From Candidatus Poseidoniaceae archaeon (GTDB lineage Archaea; Thermoplasmatota; Poseidoniia; Poseidoniales; Poseidoniaceae): 64,000 nt of DNA. The position numbers were made by a program, and so were the translations under genes. The stretch spans positions 4,966 to 68,965 of the forward strand of contig CASIAW010000006.1 of assembly GCA_949372875.1 (NCBI GenBank), given 5' to 3'. Below the pieces are notes generated by a model, which saw nothing but the letters and a program-made list of their open reading frames with translations, was not told the origin of the DNA and did no database searches. Shown piece by piece: positions 19,982 to 28,820 of the stretch. The number at the start of each line of letters is the position of its first letter. The stretch's first letter is position 1.

Positions 19982-22693
19982 CTATTCACCTTCAGATTCA
20001 TCACCATTTGGTGACAATTCATCAATATTCGAGTAAGACTTTGATTGTTCTAATGGTTGCATAGTGTCTTTTTCTTTCACCGGTGGCTTGTTGAAAATAG
20101 ATACATACACGGCTGCACAAATGAACAACCCAGCAAACAGATACAGTACGGAACTCATGGTTAATTTGTTGTTTGAAGATGAATCGTTGTTCACTGTATT
20201 TCCAAGAACAATCTGGCAGCCAGATTGATCCACTATCTTTCCAGCAATTGTATTGAGGCATAAGTCTTCAGCATTTGAAATTCCGTCAAGATCATCATCG
20301 AGTTGATATTGACTGCATCCTGTGATGCCAACTTCTTGCCCGAGCACTGTTCTTGGGCACAGGTCGTCTTCATCAAGAACACCATCTTCGTCATCATCCA
20401 CGTCTTCATCACTGTCAATACATCCGTCGCCGTCAAGGTCTTGGCCTAAAGCAGCAATCCCGATTATTCCAGTCGGACAGTTGTCAATGACATCAACGAT
20501 ACCGTCTTGGTCATCGTCTTCATCTTCACTTAGGTCTCGGCATCCATCCCCATCATAATCGTCTATTGAAGCACTACTTGACCAGCGTATCTCTCCTCTC
20601 GGGCATGCATCATCAGCATCTCCAACACCATCTTCATCATCGTCGAAATCAGTGAGGGAATCATGACAACCATCCTGATCGTAATCATTCACAGAAGTGG
20701 AAGTCCAAAGAGGTGAATCACGAGGGCAATTATCTTCTGGGTTTGCTATGCTGTCTCCGTCCTCGTCAATATCGCACATGTCTCCTATGTTGTCTTCATC
20801 TAAATCCAATTGCTCAGGATTAGGCACATCGGGACAATTATCCATTTGGTCTACCCACTGGTCCCCATCAGAATCGATATCGGCACATCCGTCTCCTTCG
20901 CTATCAACTTCTGGAGTCGAAATCCAACCAACCGGGCCAAGAGGGCATGCATCATTATGGTCGAAAATGGTATCTTCATCGTCATCATAGTCCTCAGTCG
21001 CATCTTTGCACCCGTCGCTATCATGGTCGGTTGAGGCTTCCGAAAACCATCCTATGTCGCCAAAAGGACAATCATCGATTTCGTCCCGTAGGTTGTCATT
21101 ATCATCATCTTCATCACAAAGGTCACCTGCAAGGTCGTTGTCATGGTTTCCCTGTCCAGGGTTTGCTATTCGTGGGCAATTATCTTCTCCATCAAGGAGC
21201 CCATCATTATCTCGGTCAGTTTGATACAGCCAAACGCCTGAATCGTAACCCCCCCAGTTAGGCGATGTACCGTTAGCGGCTTCAAAAGATCCAGAATACA
21301 CAAAGGAAAGCTGCGGTGAGCCATCGTAACCAAGTGAAAGCGAAGTTGCCTCATCGTTTCCATCTCCTCCCGCTTGAAGTGCCCATTCCCAAGTGTTATT
21401 TTCAAGTAATTCTGCGAGGAAAATATCATTGTACGTATCGCTACTGCGGCTGTCCAAATCCTCCAGCGTATCCGGACCGAGCGTTAAACCTGCAGACGTA
21501 GTTCCTGCGACGAATGTCCCACCTTGTGGTGAGTGAACGATTGATGTGGCTCGATCTATTCCAACTCCACCACCTCGAATCAGATTGACCCATCCGCCTG
21601 TGTGTGAAATTTCGCCAACGAAGAAATCTACACCCGATGACTGTGTTGTGTATTTTGAGCCAAATGAAGCATTTCCAGAGAACTCACCAACTGCACGGAT
21701 TCCAGTTATTGATTTTCCGTCGCAATCCCATACTCGGTCTTCTCCAATGCCTCCCCCTGAGATCGCCCAGTTCCATCCAAATTCCGAATAACTGGCAATA
21801 GCGACATCAGTTGAGCCGGCAGAACTTATTCGGTACTCCTCTAACTGAAGTGTTCCTCTAAAAGACACTGCGATATACATTTGTCCTGTTGAATCACTAC
21901 ATAGCGAGCCATAAACCTCTATTCCACCTTCAGAATCAGCGACGACATAAGAAAGAACTTGGCCGTTCTCATCATACGTTGCAACAAGAAGACTCGATTC
22001 TTGTGGTGCTTCAACGAGGCTTCCGTTAAATTGCAATGGGCCACGGAAATTAACCGCAAGATGTATCTCATTTGATTCTGAAACCATCATGTCAATGACA
22101 AACAGTTCGTTTGAATTTCGAACTTGTGTTGACCAAATCCATGAACCACTAGCATTCAAACGAGCAAGAAATGTATTACCATCGTCATCAGCGTCCTCTT
22201 TCAGAAGAGGACTCAAATCTCCGAGATTGAGTTGACATGAATCTCCGGCACTGTTCAAGCAATATGTTCCCGCAACAAGAAGGTCGCCATTCGGCATAAC
22301 GTCAATCGCATCGATTGTGTCAACTGCGGCAGAACCACCGCTAACTGCGGAAGTTACACTCCCATTTTCATCCATCCATACAATGAAGAAATCAGTATCT
22401 TCACTACCACCGGAAGCACCGATACCGTCAATCTGGTCACGGAATTGCAAGTTGCCTTGAAACCAACCAGCAGAGGCGCTGCTACCATTTTCGAGGGACA
22501 CGCTGCCGTGAATGAAATCATTGAGTGGGCCCCCGATTGAAGAAACCCAACCCAGCGTTGTCGTATTATTGCCATCGGCTGCAAAGACTTGGTTTGAGGA
22601 ATCTCCCCAAGGTTTGGTATCTATTGGGACAGAGCTTATGCTTCCAAGCAGGAACAAAGCAACCATCGCTTTGCAAAGAAGAGCCCTGCGCAT
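19982..22693 (-). CDS. Secreted beta-propeller protein with TSP3-like repeats and C-terminal TM anchor
   Basis: Signal peptide; repeated GG..D...D(I/F)F(L/V)A.....G.W.W blades; DxDxDG..DxCP repeats; C-terminal hydrophobic helix. Confidence 0.8.
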   Translation of the reverse strand: MRRALLCKAMVALFLLGSISSVPIDTKPWGDSSNQVFAADGNNTTTLGWVSSIGGPLNDFIHGSVSLENGSSASAGWFQGNLQFRDQIDGIGASGGSEDTDFFIVWMDENGSVTSAVSGGSAAVDTIDAIDVMPNGDLLVAGTYCLNSAGDSCQLNLGDLSPLLKEDADDDGNTFLARLNASGSWIWSTQVRNSNELFVIDMMVSESNEIHLAVNFRGPLQFNGSLVEAPQESSLLVATYDENGQVLSYVVADSEGGIEVYGSLCSDSTGQMYIAVSFRGTLQLEEYRISSAGSTDVAIASYSEFGWNWAISGGGIGEDRVWDCDGKSITGIRAVGEFSGNASFGSKYTTQSSGVDFFVGEISHTGGWVNLIRGGGVGIDRATSIVHSPQGGTFVAGTTSAGLTLGPDTLEDLDSRSSDTYNDIFLAELLENNTWEWALQAGGDGNDEATSLSLGYDGSPQLSFVYSGSFEAANGTSPNWGGYDSGVWLYQTDRDNDGLLDGEDNCPRIANPGQGNHDNDLAGDLCDEDDDNDNLRDEIDDCPFGDIGWFSEASTDHDSDGCKDATEDYDDDEDTIFDHNDACPLGPVGWISTPEVDSEGDGCADIDSDGDQWVDQMDNCPDVPNPEQLDLDEDNIGDMCDIDEDGDSIANPEDNCPRDSPLWTSTSVNDYDQDGCHDSLTDFDDDEDGVGDADDACPRGEIRWSSSASIDDYDGDGCRDLSEDEDDDQDGIVDVIDNCPTGIIGIAALGQDLDGDGCIDSDEDVDDDEDGVLDEDDLCPRTVLGQEVGITGCSQYQLDDDLDGISNAEDLCLNTIAGKIVDQSGCQIVLGNTVNNDSSSNNKLTMSSVLYLFAGLFICAAVYVSIFNKPPVKEKDTMQPLEQSKSYSNIDELSPNGDESEGE

Positions 22694-22775
22694 AATGAAC
22701 GGATAATGTTACAGCATTTGAAACCGTGTGCTATGTGTCCCACAACTTCATGACGGGCGCATTCGTGGATGTAAC

Positions 22776-23336
22776 ATGGGCACTCCGCAAGGTGTTTGGC
22801 GGCATTCGTTACAAGCCACCCATTCAATTCAAGCGGGTGAGAATCTCCTCAATCTGGACACTTGGCCCTCGTGGAATACTTCTGCTCAAAGAGTTCTATC
22901 TTCGACAACAGGTCACCTTTCAGAAGGGCAGCGATTTGACCTTCATCGTGTTGAGCGACAGCGTTTGGTCGAAGAATTATGGTCTGTTCATACCATTCGA
23001 AAAGGGGAATCTCCTGATTTCCTTGAAATCGAGTTTGAATGGCTGGGCCAGCAAAGAGAAGGAAAAGCAGTCGGAACATCTCTGAAATCTCTGCGAATGG
23101 CAGTCACTGTATTGTGTGAAGAAGAAGGAGGAGTCGAAATTGCTGCATGGTGGAAAATCCCTTGGTGGGCTCGACCCATTCGTGCTCAAATAAACGCTCA
23201 AGCAAAATCATTTGCCACCCAATGGCTCGAGGATTTGACGTCCAGAGGCACGGTGTCACATGGTGAATCCCAGTCGTTTTCTTTTGGCGTGGAAGAAGGC
23301 GAGCATTCAAAGACGGTCGTCGACGACCCTGTTTGA
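22776..23336 (+). CDS. Hypothetical protein, weak SRPBCC/START-like pattern
   Basis: Fills the gap between genes; LLNLDTWPSWN resembles the SRPBCC N-terminal motif; TGATG stop/start overlap with the next gene. Confidence 0.5.
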   Translation: MGTPQGVWRHSLQATHSIQAGENLLNLDTWPSWNTSAQRVLSSTTGHLSEGQRFDLHRVERQRLVEELWSVHTIRKGESPDFLEIEFEWLGQQREGKAVGTSLKSLRMAVTVLCEEEGGVEIAAWWKIPWWARPIRAQINAQAKSFATQWLEDLTSRGTVSHGESQSFSFGVEEGEHSKTVVDDPV

Positions 23337-24415
23337 TGAGCCAACCAAACAGCGAGAAAAAAAAGAGTTCATCCAATGGTAAAAACTCTAACTCGCGTAA
23401 TAATCGCCGAGGTAACAGACCAAACAGACCTCGACGTTATGGCAGTACTGCCAAAAAGACTCTTGAAGAACGAAACGCAGTTGCAATCAAAAACATGGAC
23501 TCACAGGCACGCGAAAGGTTTGATAAAACCCCCTTGCCGATGGGATTTCCTGAAGACATCGAAGAACCTAAAACGTTCAAATTTGAATGGAAAATTTCTC
23601 CAGTCCCCCTAAAAGACGAAGAAGAAATGGCTGGCAAAGTTATGCGTAAAGGCGAATTTGGTTGGTTAGAGGACGAGCGTGTTGATGAAATCGCAGTAAT
23701 TGCAAAGGATTACAAAATGACTCTTGAACAAGCCCTTTCTCTTCGCTCAGCCCTTCTACAGCAGAAAACAGTTTACGGCCACGGACGACTTCGTTCCCAG
23801 GGAAAGAACATGTTGAGATTATACAAGGAGGGCGTAAGCGTCGTTGATTTATCAACACGATTTGATTTCCCACCAATGAATATCTTCCGTATCATTCTTG
23901 GCGAAATGCGCTGGTCAAAATCCAAAATTAAGGAAAGTCTTCGTCAACCCAGCCGTTTGAGTGAACGGGAGCGAGTTGAGTTTGAAGCAGCAGAGGCGGC
24001 TGACCGTGTCTCGAATGTTGATCAGGGTGAATCTCAAGAACGAGCAGATTTGTTTGAAGATATTCTGGCTGATTGGTTTGAAGAGCAAGGAGTTCGACTT
24101 CGGCGTCAACCTGAAATGGTCAAAGAACAAAAGCAAGATTTGGGTCGACCCGTACGAACGCCAGATTTACTTTTCCTCGACCATGTTGAAATCAACGGGA
24201 AACCCGTTGCTTGGATTGATGCAAAGCATTTCTATGGAGCTGATGTTGACTTCCAACGCAAGAAAATGGCGAAGCAGATGGCGCGTTATATTGAGGAATG
24301 GGGGAGCGGTGCAGTTGTCTACCGTCATGGCTTTTCCCAGAACCTCTTCATGCCCGGGTGTACTTTGCTTGACGCCAATGTGTTAGACCTAAGCAAACTT
24401 GGTTCTGGTGAGTAA
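23336..24415 (+). CDS. TPD-motif protein, CDIN1/C15orf41-like PD-(D/E)XK nuclease fold
   Basis: FE..L..W, RTPDLLF, WIDAKHFYG, Q..RY..EWGSGAVVY..GF; basic low-complexity N-terminus. Confidence 0.75.
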   Translation: MSQPNSEKKKSSSNGKNSNSRNNRRGNRPNRPRRYGSTAKKTLEERNAVAIKNMDSQARERFDKTPLPMGFPEDIEEPKTFKFEWKISPVPLKDEEEMAGKVMRKGEFGWLEDERVDEIAVIAKDYKMTLEQALSLRSALLQQKTVYGHGRLRSQGKNMLRLYKEGVSVVDLSTRFDFPPMNIFRIILGEMRWSKSKIKESLRQPSRLSERERVEFEAAEAADRVSNVDQGESQERADLFEDILADWFEEQGVRLRRQPEMVKEQKQDLGRPVRTPDLLFLDHVEINGKPVAWIDAKHFYGADVDFQRKKMAKQMARYIEEWGSGAVVYRHGFSQNLFMPGCTLLDANVLDLSKLGSGE

Positions 24416-25450
24416 TCACTGAATGCGGGTCTCTCGAACACCGAGTCCGTTTGTTCGTAACGCATCACATATGGCTTCTAATTCGTGTTCTAAAAGCGGT
24501 TGATCCAATCGGCGTGGAAGAATGGAAACAGATACGCCGAGCATGCACAAGCGAACATTAACTCGTGCTTGTAGGTCGAGTCGGAGGATTTCTTTTTGAA
24601 CCATCGCAAGGAGGTTTTTTCGTACTTTCTCCTCAAGCAATCCAGAAGCGTCGGCAAAGTTCCTTGATTCAAGCATCAGATCAGGCCACCGTTCAAAGGT
24701 CCAATCTTTGAGTCGTAAACGAGCAACAGATTGTTCACCTGCTTTTGATATTGAACGCTGCCAAATCGGGTCGTCAATGTAGGTTGATGTATGCCGACTT
24801 TCTTCAGGTCTCCACACAACCAGAATTGGCTGGCTGGTCGTGAAACTTACTACTTTTCCTCCCGAACCCGGGGCACCTGGTTCAAGTCGTAGTTCTACAC
24901 CCTTAGCAGAGATTCCCAAGACATCGCCAAGTCCAGAGCCATGCATGCGCTCAATTCGATGTGCTAGGCGTAAATATTGTTCATCAGAACCCTTACTGGA
25001 GAGTGCGTGAAAAGCCCTTGCTACAGCAATTAAACCAGCAGCAGACATTCCAAAACCTTGACTGGTTGGAAGTTCTAAAGTGACGTGTATTCGATAAGAA
25101 TCTTCCCTCTTGATGAGCCTGGCTTGTCTTAACTCTTCAACTAAGTCGAGATAAATCCGTCCGGAATTTTTCATTTCAAGACCGTCCATTCCTAGAACTT
25201 CTATGGAAATATCTCCATCCGTTATGGGGCCAGCAGGCGTATCTAACCGAGAACCAGAAGATAACTGCCCTTTGAATTCAGGTTTATTGGAAGAGACAAA
25301 CTCAACGTTTGCTTCTACGCCGTCTGCGATGTTCAACCCTGCCCCCCGGCTCCCTTGAGAACGGGCAAGGTGTGAATCCTTCCAGATTGAAAACAAGAGC
25401 GTAATGTGCCCTCCGCATCGCTCGACAACCATGATGTTCATTTGAACCAT
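24416..25450 (-). CDS. Pantoate kinase (archaeal CoA pathway, GHMP family)
   Basis: GHITLLF, GSRGAG, LPTSQGFGMSAAG, AH.IE....GLGDV, PGAPG, CMLG. Confidence 0.8.
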   Translation of the reverse strand: MVQMNIMVVERCGGHITLLFSIWKDSHLARSQGSRGAGLNIADGVEANVEFVSSNKPEFKGQLSSGSRLDTPAGPITDGDISIEVLGMDGLEMKNSGRIYLDLVEELRQARLIKREDSYRIHVTLELPTSQGFGMSAAGLIAVARAFHALSSKGSDEQYLRLAHRIERMHGSGLGDVLGISAKGVELRLEPGAPGSGGKVVSFTTSQPILVVWRPEESRHTSTYIDDPIWQRSISKAGEQSVARLRLKDWTFERWPDLMLESRNFADASGLLEEKVRKNLLAMVQKEILRLDLQARVNVRLCMLGVSVSILPRRLDQPLLEHELEAICDALRTNGLGVRETRIQ

Positions 25451-25481
25451 CGAGCGTAGTGACTTGAACTCTCGCCTCAAT

Positions 25482-26162
25482 TCACGCGTCGTCTTGCTTT
25501 TTCTCTCGAATCTTTTGGCATTGAAGCCTCATTTCTTCATTGAATATTTCTTGTTTCTCTTCATTACTCAATGCAACATACTGGATTTCGTCCTGAATAC
25601 AATCGAAATGGTGGGCGAGCAGTCGGAGCTCTAAAGGAATAATATCGTAAAGTTCCATGTCATTTTGCTCTAATGAGATCCCGTCTGAATAATACGATTG
25701 AATCCATTGATGGTCCTCCGCTTCATGGAGTAAAAACATCTCTAAAAGAGGGATTAACGCTGATAATTTTTCATCATCATGTAATCCCAATACCATTGAG
25801 ACAAGTCTGTCTGCGAGAGGCACCTTCTGCCCCTTCCCGCTGGGAGAAATACACAATTGGCACCACGAGACTTTCTCCAGTGTTTCAATCGGTTCAGCAA
25901 CAGAACCGAAGACTAAGATTGGTTGTGTCTCGGTAATGTCGTGCTCAGTTAGCATAGCTTGGCCGACAATTCGATACTTACGTCCTGATTTACTCTGTAA
26001 GTTGAGTTTATAGTTCACGACAGGAAGTTCGTCTGTGTTTTCAGATTTGATTTCTTCGCTATCGACACTCATCCATTCATATTCGGAACAGAGGGCATGG
26101 AGCCACTCCATGGCTCGTTTTTCTGATTCAAAAGGTTGACACATTTCTTCGAGCGCGTTCAT
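25482..26162 (-). CDS. Hypothetical protein (acidic)
   Basis: 226-aa ORF filling the space between pantoate kinase and the redoxin gene; no confident family. Confidence 0.6.
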   Translation of the reverse strand: MNALEEMCQPFESEKRAMEWLHALCSEYEWMSVDSEEIKSENTDELPVVNYKLNLQSKSGRKYRIVGQAMLTEHDITETQPILVFGSVAEPIETLEKVSWCQLCISPSGKGQKVPLADRLVSMVLGLHDDEKLSALIPLLEMFLLHEAEDHQWIQSYYSDGISLEQNDMELYDIIPLELRLLAHHFDCIQDEIQYVALSNEEKQEIFNEEMRLQCQKIREKKQDDA

Positions 26163-26242
26163 ACTTCGTTTTCTTTCAACCCTTTATCAAATCCACTGCT
26201 TTTCAAGCGAAGAGTTTTGAGCCACGGCTTCTTGATGATACC

Positions 26243-26782
26243 ATGACCCTCAGTATCGGAGACGCAGCACCGCCATTTGATCTTCAAAATTCAAATCCAC
26301 ACTATGGGGCTACATCGATGACCCTCAGCGATGCTCGAGGAGAAAAGGGCCTTCTTGTTGTTTTTGAATGCAATCATTGCCCTTATGTGGTTGCGAGCAT
26401 TTCCCGTCTTGAAGCGATGGCTAAGAAAGCCGAGGGTCTTCAGATTGGTTTTATCGGCATAAATTCGAATGACCCTACAGTCTATCCAAACGATTCATTT
26501 GAGCATATGCAAACTCGGGCGGAGGGAATGTCATATCCTTATCTTCACGACTCAACCCAAGATATTGCACATGCTTATGACGCGAAAAGAACTCCAGAGT
26601 TTTTCCTTTTTGACGGCGAACTGAACCTCGTTTACAAAGGACGAATGGATGACTCTCCTCGGGATCCAACTCAGGTGAATACTCATGAATTAGACGACGC
26701 GATTCGATCTATGCTCGATGGCGTCGCTCCAGAAATCGCCGTCACTGAATCGATCGGTTGTTCTGTAAAATGGAAACGGTGA
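26243..26782 (+). CDS. Thioredoxin-fold redoxin (AhpC/TSA, PRX-like1)
   Basis: IGDAAPPFDL, CNHCPYV, INSND, YLHD.TQ..A, TPEFFLFD, YKGRMDD, IGCSVKW. Confidence 0.9.
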   Translation: MTLSIGDAAPPFDLQNSNPHYGATSMTLSDARGEKGLLVVFECNHCPYVVASISRLEAMAKKAEGLQIGFIGINSNDPTVYPNDSFEHMQTRAEGMSYPYLHDSTQDIAHAYDAKRTPEFFLFDGELNLVYKGRMDDSPRDPTQVNTHELDDAIRSMLDGVAPEIAVTESIGCSVKWKR

Positions 26783-26919
26783 GTTCGATGTCAGGTTGCC
26801 GGCGACAATGCGATTGGGACAAGAACATGGTCTGCAGGAGCTGTGGAATCGACTACGGTATTGTTGACGATTCCGGCGGCAAGGAGGAAATTAAAACCCC
26901 ACCTGCCGAAGAAGAGTAA

Positions 26920-27342
26920 TCAGTATTGCTCAAGAACCAGTTCCGTGGTTGTAGAAGCAATCTCATTTGGGGCGGCAAGCCACATTTTATCGAGCAATGT
27001 TCGCAGCGCCATAGTATCGTCAACGTGGACAAGAGCGACCAAGTCGGCGCTTCCTGAAACTTCGTAAATAATCTCGATTCCATCCCATCCAGTAACTTCG
27101 GATGCGAACGAACCTATTTCGGCACCTGGCGAAACTTTGATTCGGACAAGAGCGGTGAGTCCAACGCCGCCTTCACGTACGGTGTAGCCTCGAATAGTCC
27201 CTTCCTCTTCCATTTTGCGAACGTGTGTTCGAACGGTTCGTTCAGATGCCCCTACTTCTTTTGCCAGTTCAACATAGGACATTCTTCCGTTGGTTCGGAG
27301 TTGAGCGAGAATTGCACGGTCTATTTCGGATACACGAGGCAT
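26920..27342 (-). CDS. Lrp/AsnC family transcriptional regulator
   Basis: IDRAILAQLRTNGRMSYVELAKEVGASERTVRTHVRKMEEEGTIRGYT HTH; YEVSGSAD RAM domain. Confidence 0.93.
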   Translation of the reverse strand: MPRVSEIDRAILAQLRTNGRMSYVELAKEVGASERTVRTHVRKMEEEGTIRGYTVREGGVGLTALVRIKVSPGAEIGSFASEVTGWDGIEIIYEVSGSADLVALVHVDDTMALRTLLDKMWLAAPNEIASTTTELVLEQY

Positions 27343-27519
27343 GGCCGGTCCTACGGTTTTGAGTATATCAACCCATCTTAATGCCTTTTTACGACATTCA
27401 TTCTCTCAAACCTGCCGGAAAGTGGAATTGCGGCTGAAATCTATCGGTTCTCTACGATGAAATGGGTTTGTCCGTTTCATTCAAAGGTCGCCAATGATTG
27501 CATTGATTTGGGGAAGTTC

Positions 27520-28770
27520 ATGTCTGGTCACATCACCGGTCTCGATGCTCGAATGATTCTCGATAGTCGTGGGAATCCAACCGTTGAAGTTGACTGTTAT
27601 GTCGATGGGAATTTACTCGGGCGTGCAGCGGTTCCTTCAGGCGCTTCCACCGGTGCGTATGAATCACTTGAAATGCGTGACGGAGATGCATCGAGATATC
27701 TTGGAAAAGGGGTTACACAGGCTGTTGAAAATGTCACGGACAGAATCGAAGAAGTTCTTCTCGGTATGCCGGTTGATGAACAACGTATCCTCGACGAATT
27801 GATGATTGAATTAGACGGCACTCCCAACAAAGCCGAGTTGGGTGCAAACGCAATGCTCGGTGCGTCTCTTGCATGCCTCCATGCGGGCGCTGCAATTCAT
27901 GAATTACCTTTATGGAAATATATCGGTGGAGTGGCAGGTGGCTTGATGCCGGTACCAATGCTGAACATCTTGAACGGAGGCGCTCATGCTGCAAGCAACG
28001 TTGATGTTCAAGAATTCATGGTCATGCCTCACGGTTTTGATACATTCGAAGAAGGACTTCGAGCAGGAGTTGAAACTTATCACGCCCTCAAAAAAGAACT
28101 CAAAACAGACGGTTTGCTCGGCGGTGTTGGCGATGAGGGGGGTTTTGCCCCTAATTTACCGGCGAATGAGGATGGTTTGAAATACATGGTTCGAGCCATT
28201 GAAAGTGCTGGATATTCCGTTGAAGAAATGGGGATTGCGATGGACGTAGCTGCAACTGAATTTCATGAAAAAGACGGTTACCACATGGATGGTAAAGTTC
28301 TGTCAAGTGAAGAACTCGCAAACGTATATTCTGGATGGCTTGATGAATACCCTATTCTCTCAATCGAAGATGGATTTGGAGAAGATGACTGGCGTGGGTG
28401 GACAAACTTTACCAAACGTGAAGGGCATAGAGTTCAATCGGTTGGAGATGACTTGTTTGTCACTCAGTCTGAACGTTTAGCCCAAGGTATCGAACTCGGT
28501 GCTGCGAACGCCATGCTCGTTAAGTTGAATCAAGTGGGGACAGTCACTGAGACCCTTGAAGCAATGGATCTAGCAACTTCAAACGGTTTCAATAATGTCA
28601 TTTCACACCGTAGCGGGGAAACAGAAGATGTAACAATTGCTGACCTTGCCGTAGGGACTCGTGCAGGCCAAATCAAAACCGGCGCACCAGCTCGAAGTGA
28701 TCGGGTTGCAAAGTATAACCAACTGTTGCGCATCGCTGCAGATGTTGATGAATATCGTTCACCGTTTTGA
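27520..28770 (+). CDS. eno: Enolase
   Basis: ILDSRGNPTVE, VPSGASTG, GDEGGFAP, VGDDLFVT, ISHRSGETED, AKYNQLLRI. Confidence 0.98.
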   Translation: MSGHITGLDARMILDSRGNPTVEVDCYVDGNLLGRAAVPSGASTGAYESLEMRDGDASRYLGKGVTQAVENVTDRIEEVLLGMPVDEQRILDELMIELDGTPNKAELGANAMLGASLACLHAGAAIHELPLWKYIGGVAGGLMPVPMLNILNGGAHAASNVDVQEFMVMPHGFDTFEEGLRAGVETYHALKKELKTDGLLGGVGDEGGFAPNLPANEDGLKYMVRAIESAGYSVEEMGIAMDVAATEFHEKDGYHMDGKVLSSEELANVYSGWLDEYPILSIEDGFGEDDWRGWTNFTKREGHRVQSVGDDLFVTQSERLAQGIELGAANAMLVKLNQVGTVTETLEAMDLATSNGFNNVISHRSGETEDVTIADLAVGTRAGQIKTGAPARSDRVAKYNQLLRIAADVDEYRSPF

Positions 28771-28790
28771 CGGCTTTTGAATTACAGTCG

Positions 28791-28798
28791 TTTAAGTA
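28791..28798 (+). promoter_or_regulatory. Putative archaeal TATA box for the fasciclin gene (near-leaderless transcript)
   Basis: TTTAAGTA beginning 30 nt upstream of ATG 28821. Confidence 0.45.
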
Positions 28799-28820
28799 GG
28801 GGCTGTGAAAAAATAGCAGC

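Noticed and set aside
22726-23085. 119-aa alternative ORF overlapping 22776-23336
   Set aside because: The other frame is longer, abuts the next gene by TGATG coupling and looks more protein-like
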